Part shown: positions 56,801-64,000 of the stretch, piece after piece | How the letters are laid out: each line of letters opens with the position of its first letter | Position numbering within the stretch: the first letter of the stretch is position 1 | Assembly (NCBI RefSeq): GCF_009914755.1 | Contig: NC_060926.1 | Source of the DNA: the human T2T-CHM13v2.0 reference genome, Homo sapiens | Reading direction: 5' to 3' (one strand) | DNA: 64,000 bases | Position numbers and translations under genes: made by a program | The notes under the pieces: model-generated | What the model saw: only the letters and a program-made list of their open reading frames with translations | What the model was told of the DNA's origin: nothing | The model's database searches: none

Positions 56801-58235
56801 AGTACAAGAAGATAAGTTGTAGATGAAATATAATCAAGTTGAAAATAAGTATATTTTATATGAGCTTTTATATTAATTAAAGGTTCTTGTAAGAATTTGT
56901 TTAAAAAGAACAAATGTTAATATAGTAATATTAATATATATTTCCTTGCTATTATTACTTATGTAAGTATGGAAATTTAATTTTCTCAAAAACATGTAGT
57001 TTGATACACGTTCCTTTCTTCAATTCGTAGTCTTTCTCTGAGCCTTCCCTGGAAAGAAATCATGTCTAATAGTGACCATACAATAACACCATCAAGACAC
57101 AACTCATTATTTATGAAAACTTCACTTCTCAGTAAATTATCTGAAATGTTTGATAGCTAATTTCTGCCAAACATTGTACATTTTCCCCTCATCAAATAAA
57201 ACTATTTCCAAAGTACACAATAATCTTTTTATAGGATAGCAATTTGAATGGAAGTTAGTTTTTTTATACTTTTATTTTTACAACATGGTTAAGAGTAATT
57301 TTCTCTAAGTGGCATAAAGGCAGATTTCCTCAAGCAAAATCAAGCTAGTTAGCTACTGTTGCATGGCTACTACAAAGGCGGAAGAGTTCTGGGTGGTATA
57401 AAGGGAACTTCTGGACAAATACATTCTTTTAAGCCTCTTTAGTATCCAGTAACATTATCTCTAAATACAAAAAAGTCAATCTGATCCACAAAAAGACTGT
57501 GGCATGCAGATGTATGCAACTGATTTAAGAAAATTATGAAGTTTCTTAATGCTGTAGAATGAAATATAGAAAAGCTTGAATGGGCTTTACAAATTATACC
57601 ATTGAAATGAAATGTGATAATAATGTCTGCCAACCAAATTCAGTGTTCTCTTTGTGTCACTAAAATCAAATGTGCAAAATAAAGCCTCAACCAAACAGTA
57701 ATGTTTGGGATTCCTTAGAATGGTTTGTACAACATTTATAAATGTTCTAAGGAAGTCAGTTTAGTTAGTAGCTGGAATGCAATATTATTTCAAAGCCCAC
57801 ACTGATCTTTATCTTAAAACCAAATGTCACTCAGAATCTAACATAGAGAAGAGTTTTTTTCAAATTAAATCGTGTTTTAAGATGTAGTGTAATGTTTAAC
57901 AACTCAAGGCAGGACTTGAGTCAATGTTTATATACTCAAATTTATATTCTTCACTGATTCTATTTGGAAATATGTTCTTAAAAATGGACATTGCCACAGT
58001 AAATGCATTTCCAATGAACTGGTTTTATTACATTTAACATATAAATTCTTCATCACTAGGCATGCTACTGACTTTTCATGTTGCTTACATACAGAAAGAG
58101 GACAAACATATTAGAGTAAAATGACTGTTTGATCTTCATGACAATTATATTTCTCCTTGTAAGTTCATAAATGATTATTTTGACATGTCATTATCAATGT
58201 ATCTAACAGAGCCTGGCATACATATAGTAGGTGAA

Positions 58236-58515
58236 ATATATATATATATATATTTCATGTTTGTGTGTATATATTATAAAAATATACAACTGTGTATATA
58301 TGTGTGTATATGCATAGTGTATGAAATATATATTTCACATACATATATGTGAAAAATATACACACACATATATACATGCACACACATATATACATAAATA
58401 TATGTGAAATATATAAAATATATGTACATACATTTGAAATATATATTTTATATTTACCATAAAATATGCTATATATACTATATATACACACATATATTAT
58501 ACACACATATATATT
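58236..58515. repeat. TA/CA low-complexity tract
   Basis: Direct read. Confidence 0.85.
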
Positions 58516-58939
58516 TCATTTGTTTTTGCTTTCATTTGTTTATTTCTGCATAGAATCCTATAATTCTATATACAGCATCAACTAAAAATCCCAATTACCC
58601 TATGTTTAGGCACATTGACATGACTTATTTTCTGAGTTATTAAAGTAAAGAGACTGACTTTAGGCACTACTGAGTTCACCAAGTTAAAGGCCATCTTGGA
58701 AAGATCTCTCTTGGTGGCCAGTTATCTTCTCCTAGGTGACACTACTGATTTTTTATGATGATAATTATACCTTGACATAACACATAGAGTGGGTATGGTT
58801 TAAAGGTTTTATATGGATATTCCTTAATAAGTAGTTTGTTACTTGGAGATAAATGGTAATTCATAGCAATATATTTAACTGCATAACTGAGACTTTTTTA
58901 GAAAGTAGAATATCCTTCCTACTTCCTAAAAATCTTGAG

Positions 58940-61300
58940 ATTGAGAGACCCTTAAGCTAAAAAATCAAATAAAGCTTTTGTCCAACATAGATAAAACATA
59001 GACATAATTTACCATCACCCTCACCTGCTTCTATTCTGAAATGACACAAAATGGACAAACACAATGGTTTCCAGAAAGTGACCATCAGACAATGAAGAAT
59101 GATAATTTCTAAGTGATGGGAAACACATGAGATGAGCCCAGTTATATAGCTTATTCTCTTGAGCTACCAGAGTAGGGCACAGGGAGAGGATGCACAGGCA
59201 AATCCCAGTAAACTCTGCCTCGAGCACATGAAGAGTTCATAAAGAGCATACAGGAGAGTAGAGAGCTGTGGTTAGAAAGAATTTCAGGGAACTACAGAAA
59301 GTCTCTTCAAGCATTCAGCTAATCATCGAGTGAGTGCATATGAAGAAACTATGCAAGCCTGGGGGATGAACTTCCCAAAAGGATGTGAGGGAACAACGAC
59401 ACAGCAATACACGAGGTTTAGAAGATTGCCTGTACGCACCAGCCAGATTGGAAGATCTCATGATTCACAGTACACAGCATAGAGTACTCATAAAAATTTT
59501 GTCTCAATACTTGTAATTTCCTCTAGACTGGGCATGACTCTGTTTATGACTAATAAACCATAAAAACCCAAGTGTTTAAAGCCCTTCCAACAAACAACTT
59601 TTTCCTAGAAAAAAAATCTGTAATACAGAAATATAAACATATTCAAAATATAACAAGATTAACAATTTCTGACATCCAACCAAAAATCATTAAACATTTA
59701 AAGAAGCCAGAAAATGCAAACCAAAATGAGGAGAAAAACTGACCCACAACTGTCAGAAATGTTAGAATCAGCAAACGATGACATTAAAATATTATAACTT
59801 CATTTCATTTTTTCCAAAATTTAAGGAAAGATATGAAGGATATATATTTAAAAATCCCAACTCAAACTTCTAGAAATGAAAACAACAGCATATGGGGTGG
59901 AAAATAACTGCACTGATAATGGAGTTGATGTGGCAGAAGAAAAGGGAAGTGAAATTTAAAGCATAGCAATAGAAATGATCCAAACCACGAGCAAAGAGAA
60001 TAAAAATAAATAAACAAAAATGAGCACAGTGTCAACGAAATGTTGGACAACTTTTAGCAGCCTAAACATATGTATACTTGGAGTCCTCCATGGGGCAGAA
60101 GCAAATAAGAGAGAAAGGAGGATTAGGAAACAAAATATTTGAAGAAGCAATATCAAAATTTATCTACATTTGATCATAGCTATAAACCCATAGATCTAAA
60201 AATCCCAATGAACCCCAAACACAAGAAATAGGAAGGGAACTGCACAAAGGTAAATTATAATAAAATTGCTCACATCCAGCAATAAAGACAGACTCTTGAA
60301 AGTAGTTATAGATACATTATGTGCACAGGAACAAACATAAGGATGACAGATTTCTTGCTGAAAACACTGCAACTACATATGTACAAAAACTCTTGTATAT
60401 AAATGTTCCTAGAGGCTTTATTTGTAATATTCCAAAACCGGAAACAAACCAAATGTTCATCAGAAGGTGAATATGTACCAAACTGTGGTATATTCATGCG
60501 ATATCCATGCAATGGAATACTACTTAGCAATGAAAAGGAATGAAATATTGACACATGCTATAAGATGGATGAATCACAAAATAATTATGCTGAGCGAAGA
60601 GGCCTGACCGAAAAGAAGTAGAGATGACCCTTGAATAACACAGGGGTTAAGGGAACCAACCCCCTGTGCAGTAAAAAAATCCATGTATAATTTTTGATTT
60701 CCCCAAAACTTAACTACTAATAGCCCACTATTTACTGGAAGCCTTACTAATAACATAAACAGTCAATTAACACATATTTTGCCTGTTATATGTAATATAT
60801 CACCATAAAGGTCTTCATCCTCGTTGTCTTTATGTTGGGTAGACCAAGGAGGAAGAGAAAGAGAAGTTGTTTTTTTTGTCCTGGGGTGGCAGAGGCAGAA
60901 AAGGTAAAGGAAGTGGAAGAGGAAGCAGGAGAGGCAGACAGGAATATTCAGTGTAAATTTTGTTTTAAAAAAATCCATGTACAAGTGGACCTGTGAAGTG
61001 CAAGCTCATATTATCCAAGGGTCAACTGTACATATTTTGTGTTTTTTATTTACATAATTTCTAGAAAATAAAAATTTACGAATAGTGACAGAATGTTGTT
61101 TAGTGGTTGCCTGGGGATGGAGTAAACAGTGACTGGAGGGACATCTTTAAAGGGTCCCAAGGAAACTCTTTAATGTGATGAATGTTTCATTATCTGGAGT
61201 GTACTAATGGTTTCACAGGCATATGCATTTGTAAAAATATATCAAACTGTATAGCTAAATATGTGTAGTTCAACACATGTCAATTACAATACAATAAAAC
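58940..61300 (+). mobile_element. Old L1M (L1MD/MEc-like): 5' region and ORF1 joined to 3'UTR, with nested Tigger2a
   Basis: ORF1 remnants (aaacttctagaaatgaaaac, ttggagtcctcca, acagatttcttgctgaaaacactgcaa) are followed at ~60375 directly by ORF2-end/3'UTR motifs (aaacaaaccaaatgttcatcag), ending caataaaa. Confidence 0.7.
60621..61028 (-). mobile_element. Tigger2a/MER28-like element
   Basis: TIRs gagatgacccttgaataa / ttatccaagggtcaactg, both flanked by TA. Confidence 0.88.
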
Positions 61301-61595
61301 TATGGGGGTTAGTGATTAAACTTACTGTTAGGAAAAAATTACCTCAATACATTTGCACATATATATATATATATGCACATATACACAAACACACACACAT
61401 ACATAGATATACATACCACCAAAAAAGTCAATATAATTTAATCCAATTATTGGTAAATCTAATTATTAAGAAAACTGTAAATTAAAAAATTAAAGATGTA
61501 AGAATCTAGATGTATAGAATAATGTAATTTTACAGCTGGAAGCAATCTTAGAAACTACCTAATTTGAAGTCCTCATTTCTTGAGTCATAGTCTTA

Positions 61596-62429
61596 TTTAT
61601 TTATTTATTTATTATTATTATATGTTAACTTTTAGGGTACATGTGCACAATGTGCAGGTTAGTTACATATGTATACATGTGCCATGCTGGTGCGCTGCAC
61701 CCACTGACTCTTCATCTAGCATTAGGGATATCTCCCAATGCTATCCCTCCCACCTCCACCCACCCCACAACAGTCCCCAGAGTGTGATGTTCCCCTTCTT
61801 GTGTCCACGTGTTCTCATTGTTCAATTCCCACCTATGAGTGAGAATATGCGGTGTTTGGTTTTTTGTTCTTGTGATAGTTTACTGAGAATGATGATTTCC
61901 AATTTCATCCATGTCCCTACAAAGGACATGAACTCATCATTTTTTATGGCTGCATAGTATTCCATGGTGTATATGTGCCACATTTTCTTAATCCAGTCTA
62001 TCATTGTTGGACATTTGGGTTGGTTCCAAGTCTTTGCTATTGTGAATAATGCCGCAATAAACATACATGTGCCTGTGTCTTTATAGCAGCATGATTTATA
62101 GTCCTTTGGGTATATACCCAGTAATGGGATGGCTGGGTCAAATGGTATTTCTAGTTCTAGATCCCTGAGGAATGGCCACACTGACTTCCACAATGGTTGA
62201 ACTAGTTTACAGTCCCACCAACAGTGTAAAAGTGTTCCTATTTCTCCACATCCTCTCCAGCACCTGTTGTTTCCTGACTTTTTAATGATCGCCATTCTAA
62301 CTGGTGTGAGATGGTATCTCATTGTGGTTTTGATTTCCATTTCTCTGATGGCCAGTGATGGTGAGCATTTTTTTCATGTGTTTTTTGGCTGCATAAATGT
62401 CTTCTTTTGAGAAGTGTCTGTTCATGTCC
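61596..62429 (-). mobile_element. 5'-truncated L1PA3-like LINE (~830 bp)
   Basis: ORF2 C-terminus (ORF 61822-62340) and 3'UTR; perfect 14-bp TSD gagtcatagtctta at 61582-61595 and 62430-62443. Confidence 0.95.
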
Positions 62430-63884
62430 GAGTCATAGTCTTAGAATTTAAGAAAGCTGGAAGAAGCTGTGTGAAATAGCCTACCCATATTTATTATGTT
62501 GCAAATAGTGAACCCAATTCCATAGAAGCATGCTGCCTTGTGAGAAAATATCTCCTGATTAGTCTAGAGGTGTTTCCATTTTTATCATATTATCTCAATT
62601 AATTTATATATGCTATTCTTGTATATTTTCAATTACGTCTTTCTCAGAATGCAAAGTTAAATTGCCATTGACTTTACCTCAGTTAATCGTCATTGTTAAA
62701 TTGCTATCATTTGTCAGCTGATGAAAAATTTAAATGCCTCATTTAGGAGCACATCATTATTTCAGCAAATTTATGACATTGTGTATCTATTTTCATACAG
62801 TCTTTGAGCTTTATATTCCTAACAAAATGTCTTTTTGGACTTCTTCTGTCTTAGATGGTTTGAACAGCCACAATTCTTGTTTTAGGTATTCTTATCTAGT
62901 CCTATTGCTTGATCTCTTGACTGTTCAAAAATCTGAATTCTATGATTTTGTTTGTACTTTAATTTATACCTGCAAGGCTGATTTTGCCAAAGTCTTAATC
63001 ATTCCAATCTGTTGCTCAAAACCTGGTCAGGATCCACTGTTTCTTTTTTTAAATGTTATGTTTTCACATAATGGTAAAGAACTTCCATATCCAAACTCAA
63101 ATTACCTTTATGGCCTTCTTTATTTCTACGCTTCTGCATGTAATAATTTGGACTGCTTGTATTTACTTAAAAGAAAATGTCAGATATTTATTTCATTTGC
63201 CTAAAATATTTCTCATTTTGATATATAGTTGTTGAGATCACACTAGTCTTCACATTCCAGACTAAATACCACCATCCACCATCTCAAACAAGCATCGCCT
63301 GTTCATACAAACCACAAGTAATATCTCCGTTCCTTGTATTTAATTCTGCTGCCTTGCCTTAGAATATGCATTTGATTTTGACTAAAATATCTACATCTGC
63401 CAGCATATAAATAGAAATAAAAATTTAAATACAACTTCCTGTATGTTCAGCTAGGGATAGCATATGATAAATGTGATTATAACACAGGAAGTAAACCTAA
63501 AAGGATGTAGTCCTCATTAATCTTGTAGTCCTGAACAATGTATAAATTGTTTTCCGCCCTCCAAAATGCAGAATATTTTGTGTAATTCCTTGTATTTCTC
63601 TCCTTTCTGCTACAGAATATAAAATAGAGAAAAATCCATTTCTGGTGCTACCAGATAGCAACAGTAGTCCTAAATTGGTGTAAAACCATATGATAATTAA
63701 CAGAAAAAACAACTACACAAACTTCTTTGATGAAGACTCAGTGATAAAGCCAAAGTCTTGAGCAATTGTATACAGATGTTGAAAATGTTCAATTTTTGCT
63801 GTCTGTACAAATATGAAACATACAAAGCTATCAGAAGTAGTCCACCAAAGATGATTCAGGTATGAAAAGAATGAAAACCTATAA

Positions 63885-64000
63885 GGTATTCATATCTGAA
63901 GGAGGGTGGGATGAGGGAGAGGGGCAGAAAAAATAATTATTGGGTACTAGGCACCGTATCTAGGTGATGAAATAATGCGTACAACAAACCCCTGTGATCC
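63885..64000 (+). mobile_element. L1PA12-14-like 3'UTR running off the window
   Basis: gggagaggggcagaaaaaataattattgggtactagg...gtacaacaaacccctgtga. Confidence 0.75.

Noticed and set aside
62734-63204. 156-aa ORF in non-repeat DNA
   Set aside because: F/L/Y/C-rich composition expected from T-rich DNA; no recognisable domain or exon structure.

Overview
AT-rich, repeat-dense primate (most likely human) genomic DNA. No intact protein-coding gene was recognised; nearly all listed ORFs derive from Alu, L1, Tigger or low-complexity DNA. Recognisable content: an intronless, disabled CBX3 (HP1-gamma) retrocopy with long 3'UTR (- strand, ~20370-22180), abutting a ~1.3 kb palindromic AT-rich minisatellite that sits where its poly(A) tail should be; an internally deleted L1PA15/16 carrying MER1B; a full-length Tigger1 split by a 3.9 kb L1PA2-like element and two Alus; and many other L1, Alu, MIR, L2, MaLR/ERVL LTR and hAT/TcMar elements, several with readable target-site duplications (TSDs). 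Most worth follow-up: the likely birth of the minisatellite from a retrocopy tail, several inverted or templated micro-insertions at junctions, an ETS+RFX X-box motif in unique DNA, and candidate + strand exons that could encode micropeptides. Repeat subfamily calls are by eye, from remembered consensus sequences. I found no convincing new biological system, only testable hypotheses.
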